Source: Polyangiaceae bacterium (GTDB lineage Bacteria > Myxococcota_A > Polyangia > Polyangiales > Polyangiaceae). Taken from it: a DNA stretch of 64,000 bases. The number at the start of each line of letters is the position of its first letter. Position 1 is the first letter of the stretch. This document shows, piece after piece, positions 30,057 to 40,700 of this stretch. The stretch is from positions 384,001-448,000 of the forward strand of contig JBILLK010000004.1 in NCBI GenBank assembly GCA_044376115.1. Reading direction: 5' to 3'. Below the pieces are notes generated by a model that made no database searches, was not told the DNA's origin, and worked only from the letters and a program-made list of their open reading frames with translations. The position numbers and the translations under genes were made by a program.

Positions 30057-30130
30057 AGATCGATGAGCCTAGCCAAGCAGCGCGCGAACTCGAGCGAACG
30101 TGTTAACGCAGTTCGCGCCGCTTGCCTACG

Positions 30131-31561
30131 TCACCGCGCGCGCAAAAGGCCAGAACCGCCAGCAGCCCGCCCCTGCCGGTAGGCGCGCTCGCACTCGGCG
30201 GTCGAAAGGCGACGTGGACCGAAGGCGCCGGCCAGCACCGCGTCGGCGTCCATCAAGAAGGTCGGCGTATCCAGGCCGAAGTCGTCGGTGTGGCCCGGCT
30301 GATCGAGCAAAATGTGCCCGAGCTCGTGGGCCAAGGTGAAGGACGCATGACCGACCCGAAAGGCGGCTCGGTCCTGAATCAGCACGTTGCGAATGGCGCC
30401 GTGCTCGAGCCCGATGAACGACTCGCCAATGCGCGCTTCACCGCGAAAAGCTGGGATCACCAGCACCTCGATGGTGGTCGGGTCCCCGTCTTCCACCGAG
30501 CGGACGAGGAGCCGTTCTTCCATCGTTCCGACCAGCGAATCGGCGTCGGAGAAGTGACGCAAGCCGTTGCTTAGGTCGACCTCCGGCACACACAGCGACA
30601 ACGCCGGGTCGGAGGAGAGCGGGTGGCTGGGCGAAGCGCTCAGTTTGGCGAACTTGCCTTGCTTGGTCCGAACCACCAAATCGGTCGAACCGAGCGACAT
30701 CCCCTGGGGACGCGGGTTGTCGGTGAGCGAAGGGACAAAGCCCGCTTTGGTGAGCGCAGCCGCGACGCGCCGTGCGGCCGAGCGCGGCGAACTTCCGGGC
30801 GCGACCGGCACCTGAAACTCCCGACCATCCGCGCGAAAGGAGAAGGTCCCACCCAGCGCCGGAGCGGGCAACTCGCAACCAACGCTGAGCATGAACGGCG
30901 ACGGCGGATCGTGAACCGCGAGCTGCTTGTCGGGCTCGTCGAAGGCGATACCGCATGCCCCCCAAATAGCCTCGGCCCGTTCGATCTCGCGAGCCAGCAC
31001 GACCGCGGGCTGCGCGAGCGAGACAGGGCCGCCCTCGGTCACGCGAAATACGTGCAACCGCAGGCTTGCCTCGGTCTCCACTGCGCCGCCCGAGACAGGC
31101 ACGCTCAAGAGCTCCCGGCCGCCCTGTAGCACCCGTAACAGGCCGCCAGCGTGAGCGATCAACGAGCGCCGCTCGAGCAGCGGATGCTCTTTGTCGACCG
31201 CATCGATCACCAAACGAATCGGCTCGCTCGCGAAACACGCGCCACCGTCTTCGGACGCGCACTCCACGCGCTTCGACGTCACGAGCAGCCGGTCCACCGT
31301 TTCACCGCTGGCGGACTGCGATTCGAAGGTCACGCTCTCGGCGGCCACAGCCGTGGCCGACGGGACGCGATACTCGACGCGGTAGCTCTCGAGGTCTTCG
31401 GCAAACGGCGAAGTCGGCGGCGTATGCGCCAGGTGCACGGCCAGTACGCGCGCGGCGTCACGCGTTTGAACGACCTTCGCGTCGTTCGACGTCGGCTGCG
31501 CGCTGGCAAGAAACGCCGGCAACAGCAGCGAACTAGCGAGCCACGGCGCCCAGCGAGGCAT
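30131..31561 (-). CDS. Secreted putative zinc metallopeptidase
   Basis: Signal peptide; AHELGHILLDQPGH and downstream FLM (Met-turn-like). Confidence 0.7.
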   Translation of the reverse strand: MPRWAPWLASSLLLPAFLASAQPTSNDAKVVQTRDAARVLAVHLAHTPPTSPFAEDLESYRVEYRVPSATAVAAESVTFESQSASGETVDRLLVTSKRVECASEDGGACFASEPIRLVIDAVDKEHPLLERRSLIAHAGGLLRVLQGGRELLSVPVSGGAVETEASLRLHVFRVTEGGPVSLAQPAVVLAREIERAEAIWGACGIAFDEPDKQLAVHDPPSPFMLSVGCELPAPALGGTFSFRADGREFQVPVAPGSSPRSAARRVAAALTKAGFVPSLTDNPRPQGMSLGSTDLVVRTKQGKFAKLSASPSHPLSSDPALSLCVPEVDLSNGLRHFSDADSLVGTMEERLLVRSVEDGDPTTIEVLVIPAFRGEARIGESFIGLEHGAIRNVLIQDRAAFRVGHASFTLAHELGHILLDQPGHTDDFGLDTPTFLMDADAVLAGAFGPRRLSTAECERAYRQGRAAGGSGLLRAR

Positions 31562-31564
31562 CCT

Positions 31565-32821
31565 TCATTCGCTCCAGCCGCACTGCACCCGACGAAAGTT
31601 GGAGCCCGAGAGCACCGTCATGGGTTCTTTGGCACGGCTCGCGAGCAGCACCAGCGTGCTCCAAGCCAAGGCCGTCAGGTCCTCCGACTCAACCAGCTCG
31701 GTAGCATCGGCGACAGCCCGTTCACGCTCCCCGAGCTCCCACAAACAAGCGGCCGACAGCGCTCGCAGCGCCTCCGAGCTGGAGACCCGCGAGGCCTCGA
31801 TCGCTTCGGCTGCGTAGCTTGGGCGACCGTAGCGCCGCACCAGCTCGGTCGCCGCACGGACGGCGATCTCATCGCCGAGCGGCCGAGCGCGCACCAACGC
31901 CTCGAGCATCGGCTTGGCCTCTGGCACAGCGTGCTCGGCCATGCGGAAGAGGAAGGAAGCATCACGGTCTGCGCTCGGCCGATGCGAGAGACGCGCAACC
32001 AGCTCGGTGGTCGGACGCACGCCCTTATGACCGTTCGCAGGCGAAAGAGCCCACGCGCACAGCGACCAACCCGCCCGCGCGCTGTCCGGGCCGGTGGTGG
32101 TGCGCAGCGTTGCCTCTTTCATCGGCCTTGGGTCTCCACCGCGATGAGCGATCTCCGCCATCACCAACCAGCGCCCCAAATGACGTTCGGAACCGCAAAG
32201 CACGTTGAGTGCGTCGGCGAGCCCCGCGCAGATTTTTGCATCCACCCCGCGAGAGGCCACCGGCAACAGCAGATCGCTCACCAGGCTGATGCGGTTCGAC
32301 TCTTTGATCCGCGGCGCCAAACCGAACAGCCGCGGGCCCGTGTGTTCGCCGTGACAAATCCGGGCGACCTCGGCGGCGAAGGCGGTGAGCGTGCGCGACG
32401 AGGTCGCCGCCCGCGCGAGCGCCGGCATGAGCGAAGCATCCTTCGCGAAGCACGCCACCGAGAGCGCCGTTACACCGCCAAACTCTTCGGTCTTCAGCGC
32501 AGCGGAGAGCAAGCCGGCGCCACGTTTGTCTTCACACTCGACCAGGCTTCGAAGCCCAGCCGCGTAGAGTTCGCGCGTCCAATCCTCGAGCCGCACGAGC
32601 TCTTTGACCCAACCGGCCAAGTGGTTGCGCAAGGCGACGGAGAAGGGCGCCATCACGCGCACGATCGCAGCCAGTCGGCCTTCATCGGGAGAACGCGTGG
32701 CGATGGCTGCATCCACCTCGGCTGCGATACGACGCTCCAACTGCGCCAACACCGCGTTGTCCCCCCCCTTCGCCATTCGATGCCAGGCTAACAGATCGTC
32801 GGCAACCGGTTCACCGGTCAT
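31565..32821 (-). CDS. Hypothetical alpha-helical (HEAT-like) protein
   Basis: Long Ala/Leu-rich ORF co-oriented and adjacent to the peptidase gene. Confidence 0.7.
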   Translation of the reverse strand: MTGEPVADDLLAWHRMAKGGDNAVLAQLERRIAAEVDAAIATRSPDEGRLAAIVRVMAPFSVALRNHLAGWVKELVRLEDWTRELYAAGLRSLVECEDKRGAGLLSAALKTEEFGGVTALSVACFAKDASLMPALARAATSSRTLTAFAAEVARICHGEHTGPRLFGLAPRIKESNRISLVSDLLLPVASRGVDAKICAGLADALNVLCGSERHLGRWLVMAEIAHRGGDPRPMKEATLRTTTGPDSARAGWSLCAWALSPANGHKGVRPTTELVARLSHRPSADRDASFLFRMAEHAVPEAKPMLEALVRARPLGDEIAVRAATELVRRYGRPSYAAEAIEASRVSSSEALRALSAACLWELGERERAVADATELVESEDLTALAWSTLVLLASRAKEPMTVLSGSNFRRVQCGWSE

Positions 32822-32975
32822 TTCCAGCGACACCGTCGATCCCAAGACAACGCTGCGTCACGCAGCTTCGCCCGCAATTCCGGGCCTTTTCGCAGCCGAG
32901 CAGACCGTATTCGCATCGACCTCGGCCCCATTTCTTGGGCTGCCCCGGCGGCCGTTCGTGTGCTAATCGGCGGGC

Positions 32976-33296
32976 GTGGCCGACAACCCCATGACCCTTG
33001 CGCAAGGCATTGAGCGGCGTTTGAGCGAGACCCGCGGTCCGGTTTTTTACGCCGACATCGCCGAACACCTGCTGCGAGATGCGCTGTTCATCGTCTCGCC
33101 GGAGCTCGACCTCTTGCGCTGCGGGGTGGCGGTGGCGATGGATGACGCGGATAGCGTTGGGGATTGGATCAAGCGCGGTACACTGCGCAAGCCGACCGAG
33201 GCCGAACGAGGCGCCTGGAAGGAAGAAAAGCTCGCACGCTGGGATGCGATCGTGGTGCAGCCCTTCGTGCTCGTGCGCCTGATCCCCGACGCCTGA
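32976..33296 (+). CDS. DUF2288-like protein
   Basis: H..RDALFIVSPELDL, VA.DD...V..WI..G.L.KP, A.VVQPFVLV. Confidence 0.8.
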   Translation: MADNPMTLAQGIERRLSETRGPVFYADIAEHLLRDALFIVSPELDLLRCGVAVAMDDADSVGDWIKRGTLRKPTEAERGAWKEEKLARWDAIVVQPFVLVRLIPDA

Positions 33297-33322
33297 GCGG
33301 ACTCAGGCTTCGTTCAACCGAG

Positions 33323-33808
33323 TCACTCGAAGGCGACCTCGAGTTCGTCTTCGGTGCTGGCCTCGAGCCGCACTGGGATCGCGTTGAACAAGGCGACCAG
33401 CTCGTCCGCCCAAGCGTCTTTCTTCGGCTTCGACAGCTCGCTCGCGAGGCTTCGTAGCTCTTTGGCGCGGTCGTCGTCCAGCTCGAGCGCCTGTTGCAGC
33501 TCAGCGAGCTTGTCTTGCTCCTTCGCGTCGACGTCGTCATCCACGCCGGAAAGCCACGCGGCTGCGACATAGGCAAAGGACCGATCTTTGCCGCCGAGGT
33601 TGCTGAGCAGCAACTCTGAAAGCGGAACCGGGCTGCCGAGCAGCGTCTCCAAACGCTCGCGCAGTTCCTTGGTTAGGTTGAGCACCTTCGCCGCGCTGCG
33701 AATGCTCTCCTTCTCGGGTTCCTGCAGCTTGCCGTCGGCCCACGCCATCAGAATCAAGACGGCAAGAATTTCGGTACAGGCCTCTACTCGAATCGTCAGT
33801 CGCGCCAT
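33323..33808 (-). CDS. TerB-family protein
   Basis: MAWADGKLQEPE and VDDDVDAKE duplicated acidic motifs. Confidence 0.8.
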   Translation of the reverse strand: MARLTIRVEACTEILAVLILMAWADGKLQEPEKESIRSAAKVLNLTKELRERLETLLGSPVPLSELLLSNLGGKDRSFAYVAAAWLSGVDDDVDAKEQDKLAELQQALELDDDRAKELRSLASELSKPKKDAWADELVALFNAIPVRLEASTEDELEVAFE

Positions 33809-33837
33809 GCCCGCAGGCTAGCCGAACTTCTCCAGCC

Positions 33838-35058
33838 TCAGCTCGAGATTGCGTCGTACGCGGTCTTCGCTCGGCGCATCGAGCTCTTACCGGTCATGAT
33901 GTCGACGAGCTTGCTCACACGCCCGCGGAGCCCCTCACGCACATAGGGCAGGCCGTATTTCTTGCACAGAGCCTCCACCTTCGGTTGGGCCTGGCGCAGC
34001 TTCAGCGGGGGCAGCTCCGGGAAGAGGTGGTGCTCGATCTGGTAGTTCAAGAACCCTTGCAAGAAGTCCGCGACGTCGTTCCCACCATGAAAGTTCACCG
34101 AGCCGAGCACCTGCCGCGCGTACAGGTCGGCTCGGTTCACCGGCTTCTCATCGAAGCGAACCACGTCATCCCCGGCGTGGTTGGGCGCGATCAGGCAGAA
34201 GGTGTGGACGTTGGTGAGCGCCTCCGCCATGGCCGTATTGAGCAAGACGTTGATCGACGCGAGCGGCCCCAACGGCAGGAAAGCTAGCGGCGCCACGACG
34301 AAACGACCCACGGCGTACGGCGCGATCGCGCGCAGAAACGCGCGGCCTTCAGCGGTCTTTGGGTTGAAGGCGGAGAGCAGGCGGTCCTCCGTCGGGGTGA
34401 CCTCGTCACGGGCCTCGTGAGAGCGCCGCTCAGCGCGGTCTTTGCGCGCCTTTTGCAGAACTTGGAAGGTGTTCGGCGCGTAGTAGGTGAGCCGCCACGT
34501 GAGCGCCCAAAATCCGACCACCGCCAACTTGGCCGGCAGCGGCAGCTTGGCGTCTCGCACCGGTTGCATGTGGTGCTCGACCAAGTCGGGGTCCACGACC
34601 TCGCCCGTTCGGTAGTGGTGCAGCACGTTGTGTTCGTAGGCCCACGCTTCGGGGTGCACCCAGTCCAGCCAATCGATCAGGCGCCTCTTTCCCTGCGCGA
34701 AGATCTTGCTGTTCATGTGCGGCTTGGCGTCGGGTACCGCGTCCATCCCTTTGTGCGAGATGTGGTGCATTACGATCGTCCAGCGGGCGCTCGAACCGAG
34801 CGCCAAGAGGCCAGCCGAGATCGGGTTGGGGGCCAACCAAGCCGAGGCGTAGCCCAGCCCGGAGGCAAGCCGCCCCCATCGAGCCATCTTCTCGAGGTGC
34901 CGTGCGTCCTCTGCGCTCAAGGCCGCGCTCAGCTCGTCACGCAGCGCCTCGACCTCCTTGGCGAAGGCCTCCAGATCCGGCGCCGCTCGCGGCGACTCGG
35001 CTGCGGGACGCGGGCTATTCGTGGCATCGTTCGCTTGGTGACTTTCGGTACGAAACAC
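33838..35058 (-). CDS. Membrane fatty acid (acyl-CoA) desaturase (start uncertain)
   Basis: His boxes HHISH, HNVLHH and QIEHHLFP. Confidence 0.92.
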   Translation of the reverse strand: MFRTESHQANDATNSPRPAAESPRAAPDLEAFAKEVEALRDELSAALSAEDARHLEKMARWGRLASGLGYASAWLAPNPISAGLLALGSSARWTIVMHHISHKGMDAVPDAKPHMNSKIFAQGKRRLIDWLDWVHPEAWAYEHNVLHHYRTGEVVDPDLVEHHMQPVRDAKLPLPAKLAVVGFWALTWRLTYYAPNTFQVLQKARKDRAERRSHEARDEVTPTEDRLLSAFNPKTAEGRAFLRAIAPYAVGRFVVAPLAFLPLGPLASINVLLNTAMAEALTNVHTFCLIAPNHAGDDVVRFDEKPVNRADLYARQVLGSVNFHGGNDVADFLQGFLNYQIEHHLFPELPPLKLRQAQPKVEALCKKYGLPYVREGLRGRVSKLVDIMTGKSSMRRAKTAYDAISS

Positions 35059-35080
35059 AGCGGCGGCGTCGTAGCACTGA

Positions 35081-35889
35081 ATGTCTCGGCGGGCAGCCGT
35101 TCTTGCGCTTGCAAACGCGCGGGCGCGCTGGTCCTGCTGTTCGCGGCTTGCTCCCAGCGCGCGCCGGGCTCGGAAAGCTCGGCAAGCGCACGAGCGCCGA
35201 ACCCGGAGGATCTCAGGACCGCCAGCGTTCACCGGATCAGCAGCGAGCCATTGATCGACGGCGACCTCAGCGAGCCTGCGTGGCGCTCGGCGACGGTGCT
35301 CGGTCCGTTCGTCGCGGCTCGCAGCGGCCTGTTCGAGCCGAAGCAGCCTTTGGCGGGCTCGGCTCGGCTCTTGTGGAGCGATCACTTCCTTTACGTGGCC
35401 TTCGAGGTGCGCGACCCCGATCTCCGCGGGGGCTTTCCGGCGAACGCTGTCGACCCGCACCTGTGGGAGCGAGACACCGTCGAGCTGATGATCGATCCGC
35501 TGGGAGACGGCGATAACCGCGACTACTTCGAGCTGCAGATCAACCCGCAGAACCTCGCCTTCGACTCGCGCTTCGACGACTACAATCGGCCGCGCGGCGG
35601 GCCCGATGGACCGTTCGGTCACCAGGATTGGTCGAGTCAGCGTCAAAGCGCGGTCGTTCTCGACGGTACGCTCGACGATCCGAGCGACGTCGACCGCGGC
35701 TACACCGTCGAGTTACGCGTGCCGTGGGCCGCCTTCGCGCCGCAGGCCGCGCGTCCGCAGAGCGGTGAAAGTTGGCGCATGAACTTCTACGCGATGGAGA
35801 ACAACGGCGGCGTTGCGTGGTCGCCGATCTTGGGCCAAGGCAACTTTCACAAGGCCGCGCGCTTTGGCCGCGTCACCTTCGTGGACTAG
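35081..35889 (+). CDS. CBM9-like carbohydrate-binding lipoprotein (apparent frameshift at about 35114)
   Basis: IDGDLSEPAW, LLWS...LYVAFEVRD, D.VEL.IDP, YFELQINP, YTVELRVPW, WRMNF; lipobox FAAC. Confidence 0.85.
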
Positions 35890-35893
35890 CCGC

Positions 35894-37252
35894 TCACTGC
35901 ACAAGGCCTGCGCTGAGCAGCGGCTGGTCCACAGGGACGCGAACCGGGAGCGGCTCGAGTTTGCCTTGATTCACCGTGCAGCTAAGCACCTCGGCCGAGG
36001 GCTGGCTGGGTGCGCCAAGGGAAGCGGCCTCGAGCGGATCGAAACGACTGGTGGCAATATCGCGAGCGGGCCCCGCGCGATCGACGTCGCGGTAGACCAG
36101 CGTGAAGGCCGGCGGAAGCTTGCTGAAGTCGATCGCGATCCGCCTCGGATGCGCGGGATCTTTCGACCAGCGCAACGCCGGCGTAGCTCCACCCGAAACC
36201 TTGCCGAGCCGACGCAATGGCGCCTGCGTAAGCTGAATCTCGAAGCCTTCCGGCTCGCTCGCCGACGGCAAACATTGGTCGAAGTAGCTTTGCGCCTTGG
36301 GGGCGGTCCACAGCTCGAGCCGGTCGTGCGGGCCGCTGCCCAGCGCCCACTCGTCATCCTCGATCTCGACGAACAACGAGTCACCACCGCCAACCACCAA
36401 CAGCGCAGCGCTCGGAGTCAGCGCCGATCCACCGAGTGCGAAGCCGTTTTGCAGTCCATCGATGCGAGTGGCGCAACCGTTGAGTTCAGCCGAGTACCAC
36501 GCAGTCTTGTGGAAGGCGGGTGGCAACTCCACCACCGGGATCACCGCGGAGTCGAAACTCGCCAGCTCTTCCGAGCTGCCGCCACAGCGAGGGGCCGCCC
36601 ACGAGGTTAAACCTACGCGGGTTTGGAAGTTCCACAGCCGTTGCTCGGAGTTCTCGCCAAACACCCAATGCGCGTCGCTCGATACGACGCTCAAGGTGTC
36701 GGGCAATAGCGCGGTAACGCTGTTGGACCAGCGCCAATTGGAGCCCCCGTGCTCGCTGAGAGTAACCTCACGGCCACGCACGGTGAGGGTTGATTCGCCG
36801 ATGCCAGCAGCGCCGTGACCATCGTTGCACACCGACGCGATCAACCGCTCTCGCTTGGCCTCGCTCGAACCGAGCGCGAGCAACCAAGCTTCGAACCGGG
36901 CGCAGCCCGAGAAGTTCCTATCAAAAACGTCGCTGCCGTCCACATAGCTATGGGCAGGCTCGATCGGGTGGACGGGGGCCCCCGAAAAGTTCTCGGTACC
37001 TCGGGCTAAGAGAACGACCACGTGCTCCTGGCCTGCGTCTGTGTAGCCGCCTCGCTCCCCCACCAGGCTGCACGGCGAAAGCTCAGTACACGCCGCTTCC
37101 GCGATGATCTGTGCGCGCGACTTGGGCGCTGGCGCAGCCGACCGGCTGGTGGGCAAAACCACGTCCAGAACCCCGCTGGAAACGGTTGAACCTCTGGGCG
37201 CGCCGCAGCCAGCAGCGAACAACGCCAACCACCAAACCCACGACGCATTCAT
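35894..37252 (-). CDS. Hypothetical lipoprotein
   Basis: MNASWVWWLALFAAGC lipobox. Confidence 0.7.
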   Translation of the reverse strand: MNASWVWWLALFAAGCGAPRGSTVSSGVLDVVLPTSRSAAPAPKSRAQIIAEAACTELSPCSLVGERGGYTDAGQEHVVVLLARGTENFSGAPVHPIEPAHSYVDGSDVFDRNFSGCARFEAWLLALGSSEAKRERLIASVCNDGHGAAGIGESTLTVRGREVTLSEHGGSNWRWSNSVTALLPDTLSVVSSDAHWVFGENSEQRLWNFQTRVGLTSWAAPRCGGSSEELASFDSAVIPVVELPPAFHKTAWYSAELNGCATRIDGLQNGFALGGSALTPSAALLVVGGGDSLFVEIEDDEWALGSGPHDRLELWTAPKAQSYFDQCLPSASEPEGFEIQLTQAPLRRLGKVSGGATPALRWSKDPAHPRRIAIDFSKLPPAFTLVYRDVDRAGPARDIATSRFDPLEAASLGAPSQPSAEVLSCTVNQGKLEPLPVRVPVDQPLLSAGLVQ

Positions 37253-37308
37253 TTCGCTGCCGAATCCCCTTCGGTTAGGCTCTGACAAAGGACATTAGGA
37301 GAACACGA

Positions 37309-37707
37309 ATGAGCCAGCTTGCATGCCATCGAATCGTAGCTCTTGGATTGCTGATCACAGTTGCTTGCGGAGATAGCGGAAGCTCTGGCGGCGGCGGTTC
37401 AACGACGGACGGCGGCGGCGGTTCAACGACGGACGGCGGCGGCGGTTCAACGACGGACGGCGGCGGCGGCGCGGCCGGTGGAACCACGGCAGACGGCGGC
37501 GGCGGCGCAGCGGCCTGCCTCGACTTCGCTGCGACCTGCGATGAAGCGACCGATACTTGTTGCGACGTCGCCGGGACGCCGGGCGAGTGCGTGGCCTTCG
37601 GAATGGGGCCCAAGTGCTCGATCCCCTGCCCCGCCGACCCAGCCGACTGCCCGAACAACGGCGCCGGCTGCAACAACATGAGCCCCTCCTACTGCAAGGT
37701 GAACTGA
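37309..37707 (+). CDS. Small Cys-rich lipoprotein
   Basis: SD AGGAG, lipobox VAC, Gly/Ser/Thr linker, Cys-rich C-terminal domain. Confidence 0.8.
   Translation: MSQLACHRIVALGLLITVACGDSGSSGGGGSTTDGGGGSTTDGGGGSTTDGGGGAAGGTTADGGGGAAACLDFAATCDEATDTCCDVAGTPGECVAFGMGPKCSIPCPADPADCPNNGAGCNNMSPSYCKVN
37387..37458 (+). repeat. Perfect 24-bp tandem repeat x3 (GGGGSTTD)
   Basis: GGCGGCGGCGGTTCAACGACGGAC three times. Confidence 0.95.
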
Positions 37708-37736
37708 GCCCAGCGTCTGGCTCGGTTGCAGGTGGA

Positions 37737-37766
37737 CCCGATCAGCGTTTGTTGCCGCTGATCGGG
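37737..37766. terminator. Hairpin between convergent genes
   Basis: CCCGATCAGCG-8 nt-CGCTGATCGGG perfect 11-bp stem; no clear U-tract. Confidence 0.6.
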
Positions 37767-37776
37767 CCTTACGAAG

Positions 37777-40700
37777 TCAGGCCTTCTCAGCCTCTAGCCA
37801 AACACGAAGCACCGCGCCGTCGATGGCGTACTCCTTGGCCTGAGCGCCCTCGGGCGCTCCGCCGATGGTCAGCTTTGCGACCATCGCTTCACGGCACAGG
37901 AGCTCCTGCTGCTTCTCTGCGACGCTGATTACCGCAGCGTCGCCATCGAGCCGCACGATCGCTTTGTCGGTGAAGGAGAGGCCAACGTCTTTGCGGGTCT
38001 GTTGCAAGCGCGCGACGATCTCGCGGGCCAGACCTTCCTCGCGCAGCGCGTCGGTCAGCTCGAGCGCCAGCACCAAGACGCCAACCTTGTTCCCGGCTGC
38101 GGCGTAGCCCTCGGCTGCATCCACCGCCACTTCGATCTCCTCGGGGCCGAGCGCGAGCGGCTCGCCCTCCACCTCGAGCGAAACGCTGCCGTTCTTCGAC
38201 AGCTCGGTTCGAAGCGCGCCGGCGTCGGCTTTGGCCAGCGCGGCTTTGCAGGCCTGGACCTTCTTACCGAGCCGCGGCCCCAGCGTCTTGAAGTTGGGCT
38301 TCAGTGTGTACTTCACGAAGCCTGCCTCCTCACCGGGAGCGAGCACGCGCACCTCATGCACGTTCAGCTCCTCGGCGATCAGACCGGTGAAGTGACGAAG
38401 CCGCTGCGACAGCTGCGGATCACCCACCACCACGTCGGCTCGCGACAGCGGTTGTCGTACTCGCATCTTGACTGTCGTGCGCACTTCGCGACCGAGGCTT
38501 ACGAGTTCGCGCACGGCGAACATGTCGCGCGACAGTTCAGGGAGCGCCCATTCAGTTACAGCCTTGGGGAAGCTCGCCAGGTGCACGCTCTCCGGCATGC
38601 GCGCGCCGAAGGGACCACGCACCAAGTTCTGCCAAAGCTCCTCGGCGAAGAACGGGGTGAAGGGCGCCATCAAGCCGCTGAGCGTGACCAGCACTTCGTA
38701 AAGCGTGAAGTAGGCGTCGGCCTTGTCCTGCGAAGCAGGCTCGGTTACGTCGAAGAAGCGGCCCTTGGACCAGAAGCGCGCCCGACTGCGACGGACGAAC
38801 CAGTTGGACACGCCTTCAGCCAGGTCCACGAGCGCCCGCGCCGCGTCGTAGAGCAAGTACCCCTCGAGTGCGGCCGTCACCTTCTCCACGGTCGCGCACA
38901 GCTCGCTCATCATCCAGCGGTCGAGTTCGCTGCGCTCTGCAACGGCTCGGTATTGCGGCGCCCCGGAGACGAGGCTCGCCACCGTCGCGTTCGGGTTCTC
39001 GCGCGCCGGATCGAAGCCGTCGATGTTCGCGTAGATGGTGAAGAACGAGTAGACGTTGCGCAGCTTGACCAGAAATTCCTTCTGCTCGAGCCGCACGTTG
39101 GTGAGCGAATGACGGGTGTTGGTCCATGACGGGCTGGCCGCGTAGAAGAACCAACGGAAGGCGTCGGCACCGGGCGCGCTGGCCGAAGGATCCTCAACCA
39201 GCACGCGTTGGCCGAGCGGCAGGAACGGCACGTCGCTCGGCTTGGTCTCGAGCGCGGTCGGCGAAGGCGTGACTCCGAGCGAGGCGATGTCCTCGGCGTG
39301 AAGACCGACCACGCGCCGTGGCAGCTTCTCTTTGTTCGTCGCGGGGCGCAGCTTGAGTTTGAGCGCCTCTCCCTCCTTCAGGTACACGAGCACGCTGGCC
39401 GACTCGCCGGTCAGATCGAGACCCTCGTAGTCTTCACGGGCGATCACAGCCTCGCCTTTGCCCAGCGTGAGCCCCTTGCCGGCCGCGTCGAAGGCCGCGA
39501 AGTCCATGCGCACGCGCTCGAGGATGATGTCGGGCGGCGTGTAGTTGCCCTTCGACTTGGACTCCTTCTTCCCCTCCTTGTCGCAGACGTGCCCGAGCAC
39601 CACGCAGGTTTGGTAGGGGTGCGGCAGCGGCGCTTTGTCGAACACCAGCGTGGAGATCATCAGCAGCGAGTAGAACCAGCCGCGCGTCTGATCGATCGCT
39701 TCACTGATGAAGTTGGCTGGGAACGCGCGTTCGAACTGAGCCTTGGAGCCCTCCTTGTGCGGGTAGCCCCATTGAGCGAAGGGCATGCAGCCCGAATCGA
39801 ACCAGCAGTCGATCACGTCGGGCACGCGGCGGTAGACGCCCTCTTCCCCAGGCTCGGTGAAGGTAACGTTGTCGACCCAGGGCTTGTGCACCATCAGGTG
39901 AGGCGAAAGCGACGGGTCTTTGGCGCGCGCCTGCTCGAAGGCCGCGAAGGCCTCGGGGTTCTTGGCCAGGATCTCCTCGACGCTGGCCGGCGCCGCGAGC
40001 TTGCCGGTCACGTCGTTCACCCAGATGTTGAGCGGCGTACCCCAGAAGCGCTCGCGCGATAGCGCCCAATCCACGTTGTTGCGCAAGAAGTCGCCGAAGC
40101 GACCGCCCTTGATGTGATCGGGCAGCCACTGGATCTGCTGGTTGTTGTCGATGGCGCGGCTGATCTCCTGCGTGGTGCGGATGTACCAAGCCGGGCGCGC
40201 GAACTGGATCAACGGATCGGCGTCGCTGCGCCAACAGAAGGGGTATTCGTGCCTGTAGGTTTCGTTGAAGACCATGAGACCGCGCTCCTTGAGCTCGGCG
40301 ATCAGCTCCTTGTCGCAGTCTTTGACCCAGCGGCCCTGATAGCGCGGCAGCACCTCGGTGAACTTGCCGTCCGGCCCGATCGCGCAAAAGAGCGGCAATT
40401 CGCGATTCTTCTCGAGCAGCTTGCGATGAGCCGCGTTGTCGTCTTCGCCGAACGCCGGCGCGATGTGCACGATGCCGGAGGCGTCCATCACCACGAAGTT
40501 GGCGTTGATCACCGAGAAGGGCTCGGCGTGCGCTGCACCGTCCGCGGCGTAGATATCGAACGGCGGCTGGTACTTCTTGCCCGCGAGCTCGCTGCCTTTC
40601 ACCTCGCGCTCGATCACGAGCTCGACGCCGAGCTTCTTGGCGATCGCCGGCACGAGGTCCTTGGCGAGCACGAGCAGCTTCTCGCCGAAGCCGCTCACGT

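Noticed and set aside
35059..35646. 602-aa version of the desaturase overlapping the CBM9-like gene
   Set aside because: The extension is the antisense of the CBM9-like CDS; desaturase-like sequence begins only below about 35000
37387..37458. 24-bp repeats as a possible CRISPR array
   Set aside because: No spacers, in-frame Gly/Ser/Thr linker, no cas genes
39172..39510. IleRS insertion as an intein
   Set aside because: No C/S start or HN-C/S/T end and no recognisable Hint motifs
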